From the NCBI GenBank assembly GCA_003971905.1, contig RSEE01000006.1:992001-1056000 (forward strand): a DNA stretch of 64,000 nt, in the 5' to 3' direction. This DNA comes from Moniliella sp. 'wahieum'. Its lineage: Eukaryota. Positions within the stretch are counted from its first letter, which is position 1. Each line of letters opens with the position of its first letter. The position numbers and the translations under genes were made by a program. This document shows, piece after piece, positions 38,118-52,100 of the stretch. A model generated the notes under the pieces. The model had not been told where the DNA came from. It saw only the letters and a program-made list of their open reading frames with translations, and did no database searches.

Positions 38118-38497
38118 GGCGCGAGGCAGCCGAGCCAACAGCGATGGTCGCAGCTGGGTTGGACGGGCGATCGAACACCCGCCCGTGACGCGTCACGCTC
38201 CTGGCGCTCGTCCACTGCGCAACCCTCGGCCCTGAGCCTGCCCGGACCAGCGGGGGGGGATCACCGGTTTCTGGTCGATGACCATGGCCAGAACTCCCGA
38301 CTAGTAGCGTCGGCCTGCAGCCTCACAGTTGCGATCTCAGACATGCTTTACATCCCGCCAGCCCATTCCGCCAGCCCACTGTCCTCTCTCCTGCCTGCCC
38401 ACACGCTCGGTTGGGGTCAGATCTCTACCGCTGCTGCTCCTATTCCACTCGCCCCTCCGCACCATCTGCTTCGGCCCCGAAATCAATGCATTCCCTC

Positions 38498-39631
38498 TCA
38501 GGCCTTCTTGTCTGGCTCTTGCTGCTCCTGCATGCTCATCGCAATCGCCTTGGAGATGGCCTCGTCCTCATCCATCTCCTCGTCCTCGTCCTCGCCCCCT
38601 GCGCTTCCTCCTCCTTCTTTGAACTCTCGTCTTTGGCCTCGGACATGGCTGCATCGCCCTCGCCGCTCTTGGACAGCGCCAGCGCCTTTTGCAGCATGGC
38701 CTCCTCGTCTTCCTCGTCCTCCGCCTCTCCCCCCGCCTGTGCTCCTTGTGGTGGTGGACCCGACGCTTCCTCCCGCACGGCCTCCAGATTGGCCGTCGCG
38801 GGCGCCGCCTGGGCCGCGGCACGCTGGCGCGCCTCCTCCTCCTCGAGCGACATGCGCAATGCCTAGTCTCACGTTAGCAGCTGTGCCCGTCGCAGCGGAA
38901 AAAAAAGACGTACCATTGCGAGGTCAGGGTCGTTAGCAAAGTCCGCCTCGCCAAAGGAGGTACCGCCCGCGTCGCCCGAACCAAACTCTTCTTCCAAAAT
39001 GGGCGAGGCGCGGAGCACATCCGACACGAGCGACCCCGTGCCAGGCGGGATGGAAATGTAGTGGGACGAGTCGGACGCGTTGACGGCCTCGACAAACGCA
39101 GCCAACTTGCTCTCGTTCGCCTCCACCTCTCCCATCGACACCACATCTACCGCCACATTGTTCTTCTTGAGTTTCTTGCCCAGCCGGACCAGCTGGTCTT
39201 GCGCTTCGGTCAAGGGCGAGCCGATAAACACAAGGATCCTCTGTCGCTGGTTCTTGTTTTCGCGGTGCTTGAGCGCCAGCTGCGCAATGTTCACCGCCGT
39301 ACTAAAGTTGGTGGCGCCTTCGAGCTTGGCATCGTGCAAGCCAGCCAGGATCTGGCCAATGTCCTTGGTCCGGGTCACCAGCACCTCGGGGCTGGTGCCC
39401 GCCATGGTCATCACCCCCACCTCGTTTTCCGGGTTGGAGTTGACCTTGGCAAAGAAGACGACGCCCGCCGCATCGGCTTGGGCCTCCCACCGTGTCGGCT
39501 GGTAGTCGCCATTGCGCATAAACTCGCTATTGTCCACCCTGCAAGCAGCGCATCCCCAGTCCCCGTCAGCACCACGCATCCAGCAGGCGGCACGGCAAGA
39601 CTTACACCATCATCGTCGCTTCGAGTGGCAT
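38498..39631 (-). CDS. RPN10: 26S proteasome ubiquitin receptor Rpn10 (VWA + UIMs)
   Basis: MPLEATMMV|intron|VDNSEFMRNGDY, AQLALKHRENKNQRQRI, LGKKLKKNNVAVD, DPDLAM|intron|ALRMSLEEEEARQ, further UIMs MLQKALALS and ISKAIAMSM. Confidence 0.95.
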
Positions 39632-39993
39632 GTTGGGCAAGCGTAGGCAGTGCCTGTGTCGGGTGGGTTGCGCGTACGAGTGGTGGCAGCAGCGCTGGGG
39701 CCGAGCAAATCGGGCCGCGTGGAGTTGGGGCGGAGTAGGGGTGGGCGAGTGGTCAGGTTGCGCTGGGCACCAGGGACGCGGCCGTGCTGACGACGCGCCG
39801 GGCTGCTGAGGTAAGCAACCCTTCGCCCGCCCCCCCAATTCCGCCCCCTCCGCTCCAGTCGAGAGCATCGACGGCGGTCGGCATGGGGGTGGATCGCCTG
39901 CTGGCTTGTCCTTTTGTTCCTCGCCCCTTCTCTGCCCCATCCACCTCCACTGCCCCTGCCACTGCCGCCGCCGCCCCCCCCCTCTCTCCCACC

Positions 39994-41041
39994 ATGTCCT
40001 TACTTCCGCGCACCATACGGGAGGTATGGGCCGAGAACTTTGAGGCCGAGATGGGCCTGCTGCGCAACGTGATTGACCGATATCCATACGTTGCGATGGA
40101 CACAGAGTTCCCGGCATTGTCTCTCGTCCCATTGGGCGCTTCAAGGGCAGCTCGGACTACCACTACCAGACGCTGCGGTGCAACGTGGACCTGCTGAAGA
40201 TCATCCAGCTGGGTCTGACTGTCTGCGACGAGGACGGCAACGAGCCTCCGCCCAACGAGCCTAGCATCTGGCAGTTCAACTTCCGTTTCAGCGCCGGCCA
40301 GGACATGTGCCCCCGACTCGCTCGAGATTTTGCACAATGCTGGGCTCCAGTTCGATCGGCATGCCACGTCGGGCATTGATCCGGCTCATTTTGGTGAGCT
40401 ACTGATCACGTCGGGCCTGGTGCTGTTTGACAATGTCCGATGGGTTTCGTTCCACAGGTACGTGTGGCAGGACTGGCCTGGTTCCTTCTCCTCGACCGAG
40501 GCAGCTGACTAACCCTGGCCCCGATGGGCCTGATGCGCAGCGGGTACGACTTTGGCTACTTACTCAAGGTGGTCACCAATGCGCCGTTGCCGGCGACCGA
40601 AGCTGCGTTTTTCGAAGCGCTCAAGCTCTGGTTCCCCAAGATCTACGACATCAAGTACTTGATGCGCTACTGCAGCAACCTCAAGGGCGGGCTGCAAGAT
40701 TTGGCGGACGAGTTGAAGGTGCAACGAGTGGGGCGGCAACACCAAGCCGGCAGCGATGCGCAGTTGACTGGCAGTGTCTTTTTCCGCCTGCGTGCGCAGT
40801 ACTTTCACGGCGTGATTGACGACACGAAATTGGGTTGTCTCTATGGCTTTTCGGCGATGAACCGGCCCGAAGCCGCTCGGGGCTACACCCAGGCCCAGGC
40901 CCAGGCCATGGCCCACCCGTCCCAGGCCCAGCCCATGAACTTTATGTCGGCCGTTATCTCGGCCGCCGCCCAAAGGGGGAAAGTGACCATCACTTCCCCA
41001 CCCCGACCACCCCCGAGGGCAAAAAGGCATTTGGCCACTGA
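39994..41041 (+). CDS. POP2: CCR4-NOT deadenylase Caf1/Pop2 (DEDD)
   Basis: [47 protein letters not shown]|intron|[14 protein letters not shown]; stop at 41041 or 41144 depending on frame. Confidence 0.93.
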
Positions 41042-41239
41042 CCCTTGTACATCTACCTTTCCCCCGCTCTTCCCCACTTCTCTCTACCTCTCTCTACCCC
41101 TTTGGCTGTTCGCCCACGCGCGTTGTACACTATGGAGCCAATGATCTGCTGTCTGCGCACGCTCGTAGCCTCGTAGTCATCCATCCATCCATCCATCCCG
41201 CCGCTCGTTCCACCGCCGCGTGGGTTGGCGGACGCGGCA

Positions 41240-42460
<1,221 letters not shown>

Positions 42461-44435
42461 CTAGTAGCCCCCCGGACGGGCGGGGGTTAAATCAAGCCCG
42501 CGCCTTTCACCCGGCCCAGCTGGGCCGGATCCAGCCGGGGGCCACGCCGCCCACACGGTGACATGTGGCATGTGATCGCGCAGCGCTACAGCTTCAGCCT
42601 GAATTCAGGCTTCAGCTGAAGGCCATCAATCCGCCCACACTGGCGCCATGCGGCTCGTGCGACCGCTTGGCGGGGGGTTGGTTTTCAGCTGCCCCCGCTA
42701 GCGCTACCCGCCACGCTCCATCCCGCGTGCCCCCCCACCCCCCGCACAGCCCATCCGCACCCCTCTTCCTCCCCCTCTGGCCCGGCCGCGCCCCGTACGA
42801 GCGTACGCCGCTGCGCGCCGCTGGGAGGGGGTCCTCTGCGCCCCGTACGCGCTCGCAGCCTGCCTGTCGCCGCGGTCTGCCGGCGCACCGCGTCGGGCAC
42901 ACGTGCGCGAACGGTGAACGTCGGCGCGGGTAGGAGGGGGAGGCAACAGAGGACCAGAAAGTGTGTCTCTTCCATGATGCGTGTTGGAAGCAAGTCCCCT
43001 CAGCCTGGGGCCACAGCCTAACTTGCAGGGGGTAGGTGGGGGGCAGGAGCGCCCCATGAGATTCGATCACCTTTGGTCGGCTTGGGATCTGCGAGCCGAC
43101 GCTCTCTACCACCCATACAGCCTGCAGGCACACCAGCCAAACCGCGCCCACCGCCCACTGTCCAGTACCTTCAGCCAAGAACACGGCCAACGTGTCGGGG
43201 GGGTAGCAAGGGTATGCATCTGAGCGATCGGAGCTGCGCAGGTCACCAGCCGCACGATTCACTCCCCCATTGTGGTTGGGGCCCGTGCTGCGCCCGAGCG
43301 TCTCTTGCTGCAGTGGATCAAACGAGGTGCCCGGGCCGGGTGGAGCAGGGAGAAAATGCTGTTCAAGGCGACAGGGAGGATGTGACGCGTGACGTGTACC
43401 AGGAGGAGTATAGTACTTGGGCATCGCCCACCGTTGTGGATAGTCAATGGCCGATGGTCGATGACCGAAGGATCGTCCAGCTGCCTTTCCACTTGGGTTG
43501 GCAGCCGCCGAGGTTGGTGCGACCTGAATATTGAATGCATGCCCTATTCACATGCAGGCCGAGGTCGGAATCTGCGGCGCCTGCGTCGGAACCTGACGCA
43601 ATCGTGTGTCGTCAGCAGACACGCTCGGCTTCGGGGCGGCTCCCGTCGGACCGGTTGGCGCCGCAAGGCGGCACATGCCATGCATCGGAGCGACCGACCC
43701 TTCGGGAGTGACTAGGACGGCATGAAGTTGGACTGGAAGGGGTATCGAAGATCTTCCCAAGCCATGCATGCATGATGAGAGCAGCCCCATTGCTTGGTAT
43801 GGATGTGCGGGGCGGAGAACAACACTCTACTAGCCTCCTGGAACAAGGAGAAAAGAGAGCGGATCAAAGCTGGCCGGCAGTTCCTCAGCATGCGTACTCT
43901 GACAGCTGTCCATGCGTAGGCAGGTGGACCCTCGGTGATCGGTCCGGTCGTGTGGTAATAGGGCACGCGGAGCTGGGGGGACTCTTACCCGACACGTATC
44001 GAGTCCCGCCGGGAGCCGGGAGCGGCGCTGGTTCTCGCTAAGCAGTGCCAGGGAGGCGTCTTTCGTTATGACGTTGATCGGCACTGTCCCACCCATTGGG
44101 AGGTCTCTCGACTGCATCTTCTCGACGATTCCCCTGACCTGCGCCTGAGGCCTGGCATGTCGACAGACATCCATCCCTTCGCCTACGTACTGTTTTCCTC
44201 TCTTTGGTCTGGCCGACATCCTCCCTTCGAACAGGATCCACACTCTTAGTCCTACGTCTCCAATCCCATCTGTTTTCTATAGGACATGCGCCCCGCCCGA
44301 CGCGGCCGACCCATCGGAATGACTGCATAGGACGATCAATAGAAGGCTTGGTTGGATGGGTTGTGCAGTCTGGCTAGCTGTGTAGGACCCAGAAAGGCTG
44401 GCTCCGCACGGCACGGCTTGCCTGGCCCAGATGCG

Positions 44436-45273
<838 letters not shown>

Positions 45274-45613
45274 GGCGGGGGCAGGGGCGGGGGGAGGCGG
45301 AGGCAGGGGAGGTGTGGGGGGAGAAGGGAAGAAGAAGAAGGCTGGGAGCGGAGAAGAAAAGGCAAGGCAAGCCCCCGAAACGGCTGGCGCGACGGCGGGT
45401 GCTGGGCGCCTTGGAGCTTCGATGGCCATCCGCCGTGCTTGACGCTGGTGCGGGCGGGGCCAGTCTGTGTGCGCTGGGCTTGGGCTGCAGTGGCACGCTG
45501 CGCACTGACCACGCGCCACGCACCATCATGCATCACCCATCACCCATCACCCACACCCATCACCGATGGCATCAGCCCGTTTCAGACGTGAAATCTGATG
45601 CGGGCGGTGTGTG

Positions 45614-48600
45614 ATGGCATCGGCCGCTTACCTCAGCCGCGTGCGGGCGGGTCTCCGTTTCAAGTTGCAAACCGCCGGGGGGCCGGCGGAAGATCGCTGC
45701 AGGCATCCAGGCAGGCCGCCTTGGCTGTCGCGGGCTCTGCCGCCGCCACCGAGCAGAGGCGGCAGGATGCGCGTCCTGCGCACACCCACCCGCCGTGCAC
45801 GCTGGCCGCCCCCGCCGCTCGCCTTCCGGTGGTCCCTCGTCTGCTTGCGTCTGCTGCGTCGCGCTCCCTGGCTGACCCGTCTCCGTCACGCCCGCCAGCG
45901 CCCGCCATGCCTCAGCACCTCCGCCCCACGCCGCTCTGCCCAGCGGCCCCGCCGTCCGCCGGCCGCCCCTCCCGTGCGCCCAGACGATCTGCTGGCCACC
46001 GACGAGTCTGTCCACGACTTTGTTCGCGACATGCTCAGTGGGTTGGCGCCTGCCCCTCCGCCAGCCCCAGCCCCAGCCCCGGCCCATCCCGTGGGAGACA
46101 CGCAGGCGTCGGGCAACACCGACCGGTGCCTGCGCCCCTCACCCCCACCCAACTACGCCAAATGGAGATGGACACGGGTGTGAATGACGATCGCCGCACG
46201 ACCACCTCGACTTGCTCGATGCCCCGGAGCTTGCTTCCCCCGCCGCAGCCCGCCGCGGCCCCATCCAGGTGGGGTTGGCACGCCCAACCTGTCACATGTC
46301 CAGCCCATCCCGCCCAGGTGGGAACGGCAACTGCGCGACCGCATTGCCGCTGCGCTGGACCACCTGACCCAGGCACCAGCGCTACCAAGCCCCCCCAGCC
46401 AACGCACTCTGCGTGCGGTTACAGACAAGGTCAACGGCCTCACACCCAGTTCCTACGTGCCTGCGCGACGCACCTTACCAGCCCGCTTCCCATTTCGCTC
46501 TACAACCAAATGCTGGACGTGTACGTGCGACGACGGCGGATGGGAGCCGGCGCCGTCGTACCCGTACCTGGTCGGCTACCGTTCCAACGCCAGTGGCCCC
46601 GCCTTTGTGGCCAAGCTTCCCCAGGGCACGGATGGCGTACCGGACGCAGGGTGGAACTTGGATTTGCCCGAGGGCATTCTGTGCTTTACCAACCTCTTTT
46701 CCCACATGATGGACCGGTCAGTGGCGCTCAACAAGCTCTCGTTTACGCTGTTGATCGAAGCGTTTGCGCTCTATGCCGATGCGCCGCTGTGTGGCCCGTC
46801 GCGCTGGGAGCAGGTCACCTCGCTCCCAGCGTCGGGCGTGCCGCTCACTGGGTGGGCTCGGCCCTCACGGGCCAGGCACGGTTGCGCGGCATAGGCCAAG
46901 CCTACTCTTTGATCTTGGCCGCGGTTGCGCGCGACAATGTACCAGTTCCCAGGTCATGTACGCCACCTTCTCCAAGGCCGTTCTCACCAAGGAGGCCAAG
47001 ATCGCCTCGAGGTACTGGAGATCATGCAGGTCACATGATCGAGCCGCCGCTCGAGACGTACCTGAGTTTGCTTCGCATGGGGGCGTTGGACTGCCCCTGG
47101 ACCTGCCTCCCCTCCCGCCCGGACGGATCGGCGGGCGGCACAGCTGCCGCGGACGTGGGTGCGCAGCAACGGGTGGTCAACAGGCCTATCGCCACCTCGC
47201 GCTTGGCAGCGTCTGCTTACCGACGAAACCAAGACCGAGGCGGTACGTACGTACATGCTGCAAGCGCTTGTTGCAGCGCGACCTGCTTCGTGCCGGCCAA
47301 AACCATCCACCGCCTCCTGCCACCGCATCGACCCGCGCCTCGCCCCCTTTGTCCCCCGCGCAGGGGGGACGATCGAGCTGCCGCCCGAGGCCGAACCCAG
47401 CGTGTTGGCCGATTTGTCATGGGTCTTTGCACAACCACGAGTTTTTCCTCGCCTTTGAATGGCTCCAGGCCGCGGGCCAAACCGACCTGGCGCGCAGCGC
47501 CGAGTTTGGTCAGCTGGTCACCCGCGCCACGTCGTCACCTTGTCCTACTTGCACACCTACCCGACCCAGGCCGACGCGTGGCTCCCGAGCGCGCTGAGGC
47601 GCTGCTGCAGCCCGTCGCGAAGCACAAGCCGGTCGCAGCCAGGGTGCTGGGCTTACTTTTGGTGCTGCAGCACCGCCGTGGGAGCTGAACCGGCTGCAAG
47701 GCGTGCGCCCGCGTGGCACATCGGCCCCGCTCCGAACGCTAAGTGGTCTGCACCTTTGCCGCACCTGCGCGCATCACGCCCTGGATCCTGCGCGTCGCGC
47801 AGCACCTCGGCCTGTCGCGCGCGACGCTGGCGCCGCTCCTGTGTCTGCGGCTGGAGCACGGCGAGGCAGCGCCCGCGCGGCGCTCTGGCTCGGCCTGTCG
47901 CCCCGACGCGCTCTGGAGCTGCGCGACGATCGAGAGACAATAGCCAAGCTGTATGCGCAAGGCTCCCGCCTCCGCACCGCCCTCACCGACCATATCTGGG
48001 CCGTCGTCCTGCCGAGCACAAGATCGCCTGGACAGTCCCTCACGCAGCTGCACCACCTCCTCCACCGGCCTGGCGAAGCGGCAGCACCAACTCCAGGGAC
48101 CGCAAGTCCAGACCGCCAAGGGGACCGCGAAACGGACGGTCTAGCACGCTCCTGTCCGAGGCCGGGGTGCGGCCACCGCCACGCCGGCACGGTGGAGGCC
48201 TGATGGCCGTGCTGGACCAAGGGAGGAAGAGTGCGGAGGAGGTGCGGCATGCGGCGATGGCGAGTCTAGCGGGGCCGGGGCCCCGTGTGCCCGCCCGCGC
48301 CGCTGGTCGACACTAGGACCGAGGCGCACGTGCGCCATCTCGCCCAGGCGCGGAAGGAGGTACAGGTCTCGCACGTGGCGTGGCGCGTGTCCCAGCGGCG
48401 CTTGCGCCACGTCCGGGCCCAGCTCGGGCGCACCCGCACCGCCTCTCGCCCGCGTCCGTGCCGAGGCTACGCCCACGCCTACGCTCAAGGGCAGGGCCAG
48501 TCGCGCATGCGCACCGCGCGCAGCGGCATGCGCATGCGTCGCGTTTGGCCCCCGCCCTCGCGCGTGGCTCGCGGTCCAGGCGCAGGAACGCGCGGCGGTG

Positions 48601-48720
48601 CGCGCGGCGAGGCGCTGCGGCGCGCGGCTGCACTGGGCGCGGGCGCGCTTGGCGCGATCCAGCCGGGCGCCGGCCCGAGCTTGGCAAGGCGCCGGCCAGC
48701 GGGCGGGCCGGTCTGGGTAG
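45614..48720 (+). CDS. Probable mitochondrial PPR-like helical-repeat protein, frameshifted
   Basis: Presequence-like MASAAYLSRVRAGLRFK; PPR-like helices PISLYNQMLDVY, LNKLSFTLLIEAF, AYSLILAAVAR, EPPLETYLSLL; end approximate. Confidence 0.5.
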
Positions 48721-49188
48721 ATCGCGGTGGCCGGATAGCATCTGGTGTTGGGCAGCGCTTTTCCCCCCTCGCTTCTCCTGAGGAATCGCAAGCGCTGCGC
48801 TGGTTTGGGTGTGGCCGGGGGCAGGGTAGGTTGGTGGAGGATGCGAGTGGTTCTTAGCAATGATGGATGGAGAGTACACGGCAGAGTGATAGAGGGAGAC
48901 GCGGGGGATGGGTGAGGGCGATGGGTGATGCGTCTGACGCGCGGGGCCGGGGCGGCTTACGTCACAGGGGGTGTGGGTGGGGAGGCGCACTGGCGCCGTG
49001 CGGGCGGCCGGGGCGGGCGGCGGCGGCAGGGGCGAGTGTGGTGGCGCGGTGCTGCTCGCACTGCGTGGGCGTTGGTGGGTTGCATCTCTGCCTGCGGCCG
49101 CCGTGGATCCATCAGCCTCGCACGCAGCATCCACCGCCATCGCCACCACCCCCATCGCCACCACCACCACCCTCATCCCCTCCCGCCC

Positions 49189-52100
49189 ATGCCCCCGCCC
49201 CCCCGGCTTGCCGCCGTGGCGGTTGCCCCTCGGGCCCCCGCGCACCCCGCCCCCTACGCCCCTTCGCCTACGCCCCGCCCCCCGCCTGCGCCTTTGCGTA
49301 CGACCAGCCCGCCGCCAGCTCCATGTACGAGCCCCAGCTGCCCCCGCCCCCCCCCCCCCCCCACCTCTGCCCGCCCGCGCGCCTTCAGCGAGCTCCCCGC
49401 CTCCGCCGCCGCATCCCCCCCCCCGCCCAGCATCCACCCGCGCCAGCACACCTTCGACACCATCTCCACCTGCAGCCCCTCCGCCTCCACAACCCCCTGC
49501 CCCGCCCTCGCCCAGCTTCGTCGAGCACCTCCTCCCCTCTTCCTCCCCGCGCCTCCTCGGCACCAATCCGCCCGCGCCAGGCGCTCCTGCCTGGTCGCCC
49601 GCGTCCCTTCCAGCCCCTGCTCCCGCCCACCCCCTCCTACTCCCACTCCTCGCCCCGCCCCGGCAGCCAATCCCCGCACCTGCGTCACCCCCCTCCTCTG
49701 CTGCTGCTGCGGCTGCCGCCCCACCGCCTCCGCGCTCGGTGGCCTACCAGGGGTATGCCCACGCACCGGATGCTGGCGCGTCGCAACCCCTGGAGCTCCC
49801 ACACCATGTATGCCGCGCCAGCACACTCGACCCAGCCGGCCAAGCATGCGGTGGAGCCGCCGCACGAGCGCATCTCCCTCCCCTCTCCCTATTCGCGCGC
49901 GCCCACCGAGCTGCACCGCCCTTCGAGCGCACTCGGCCTGGGATCCTACCCTTCCGACCCGTCCTCGGCGACCCCCATGCAAGAACCGAGCGCGCAGCTT
50001 ACTCCCTACCTGCCGCGCCCGACCCCGCCACCTCTCGTTGGCTCCACCTCCCTCGCCTCTGCCCGCTCTGGCTCAGCAATGGCGATGCGATGGCCGACCC
50101 GGATTCCAGCAGCCCCGTCCGCGCCTCGTCCTCAATGGCCCTCCATGCCCATGGCTCCCCACGCCATGGCCTGACCATCGAAACGCACCCGTTTCCTAGC
50201 CAGCATGTCCCGCGCAGTCCGCACCTGTACGGACCGCGGAGCAGTTCGTCGGACGAACGAGGCGCGGCGGCCGCGACAATGGGCTTGGTCGGTCCCAGTG
50301 TGTCTACCTCGGCCTTGTACGGCCAGCTTGCGTCCTGCGTCGCCCAAGCGGCCCTCGGGCGCCTCGCTGGTCGGCTTGTCCGACTCTTCCTCCTCCCAAC
50401 CTCCCGCCTCGGCCGGTCGGGCGAGGAAGGGCCCGACAAGCATGGTCGATCAGGTGTCCAATTTCTTCCGCCGCCCGTGTGCCCGGGCCAAGCCAAACGC
50501 CAAGCGAAGCGGCTTCCTCGACGCAAGCCCGCGTTCAGGCTCAGGCCCAGGCCCAGGCTCAGGCTCAGCCCAGGCCCAGGCTCAGGCTCAGGCCCAGGCT
50601 CAGGCTCAGGCCCAGGCCCAGGCTCAGGCTCATGCCCATGCCCACGCCCAGGCTCAGGCTCAAGCTCGCGCACAGGCACAGGCCGAAGCGCAAGCCCAAG
50701 CCCAAGCTCACGCGCAAGCTCAAGCTCATGCCCATGCTCAAGCGCAAGCTCATGCCCAAGCTCAAGCCCAAGCCCATGCCCAAGCGCACGCCATGCTCAG
50801 GCTCAGGCCCAAGCTAGCGCTCAAGCCCAAGCCCAAGCTCGAGCACAGGCCCAAGCCAAAGCTCGCGCCCATCCGCATTCACACGTGCCAGCGCAAGCGC
50901 AAACGGGCAAAGGCTATGTCTATACGCAACCCTCTGTCCCAGCCCATTCGAACCATTACGCTCACGAACACGCCCCCTCCCCTCCCCACCTATTCTACGA
51001 CACCTCATGCCGGCAGTGCCTTTGCCCCCCCGCCCGCACGTCCACCGCCCCACCAGCGGAATACGTCGGCTTCCACTTCCAACTCGGGCTTTTCTGCCGG
51101 CAACCGCAACTCGAGGGGGACGTCAATAGGTGTATCAGCCTCGCCTGGCGCCAACGTTACAGCCTCCCCAGCTTCCGAGAGAGGGAGCTGTATTCGTCCG
51201 ACGAGGGTGCACATCAGGGGTTGAGGAGGGGTGCCGTACCCGATTACCCCGGCTCGATCGTCCAACTCATCGCTAACGTTACCGTTAGGAACCGGGAGGG
51301 ACGGGCCTTGCCCAATCCGACATCACCCTATGCCGGGCGCCGCCCAGCGTCGGCGACCGCTCGAACCATGTGTACAGTGGAGCGACCCCCAGCCGGCTCG
51401 TCCTACATCCGGCTCCTCAGATCCCTACCATGCCAAGCGTCATCGCCGCCCCGACACGGCACCTGGAGCGCCTACCACCACCACGCTGGTACACGACCCA
51501 GTCGCGTGCTCCGCCTGCTGAACTCACCGCGCCCGATGGCCAAGAGCACCTCAAGATCCAGGTGACGACCAATGGACAAAACTTTACCGTTGTCGACATT
51601 ACAAGCCTGGGTGCGGCAGCAGACATCAAACGGAAAATGATGGAGGCGTTAGGTATGTGATTTCCTTTGGTGTGGTGTTGGCTTTTTTTTGTTTGCCTTT
51701 GGCTTTGAAGCTGACTGTATCTGCCTTGCCAAGGTCTGCCTGAAACGGCGTTTGATCGGCTGACCGTTCGCCAAACGGGACTGGGGATTGACGCTATCGC
51801 TCGGATCCTCTGGACGACACGGATCTGATCGTCAATTGTCTCGGGCAGGGCGATGCGGATGGCTCGCTGAAATTCTTTGTTGCCACCGACGCGCAAGAGC
51901 TGCAGGATCGCAAGGGCCGACAAGAACGCGAAAATCGCCGAACGCAACCGCGCGGGACTGTATTCTGGCATGACAACCCCTCCTCATCGTGGCGGCGGCT
52001 TCCCCATTGGAGTGGCCAACCAAGCCAACGCGCACCTGGCCTCTCGCCTGGCGCGCGGCCCACGGCAGCACCCCTCCAGCCTGCTCGCCGGCACGTATGG

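Noticed and set aside
43700..44330. Possible small gene between GAPDH and RIB4
   Set aside because: Short ORFs with no recognisable motif or splice support
48971..51565. 864-aa ORF and other long Pro/Arg-rich ORFs as independent genes
   Set aside because: Stop-poor GC-rich frames that wander in and out of the true, frameshifted BCK1, RIX1-like and PPR-like coding sequences
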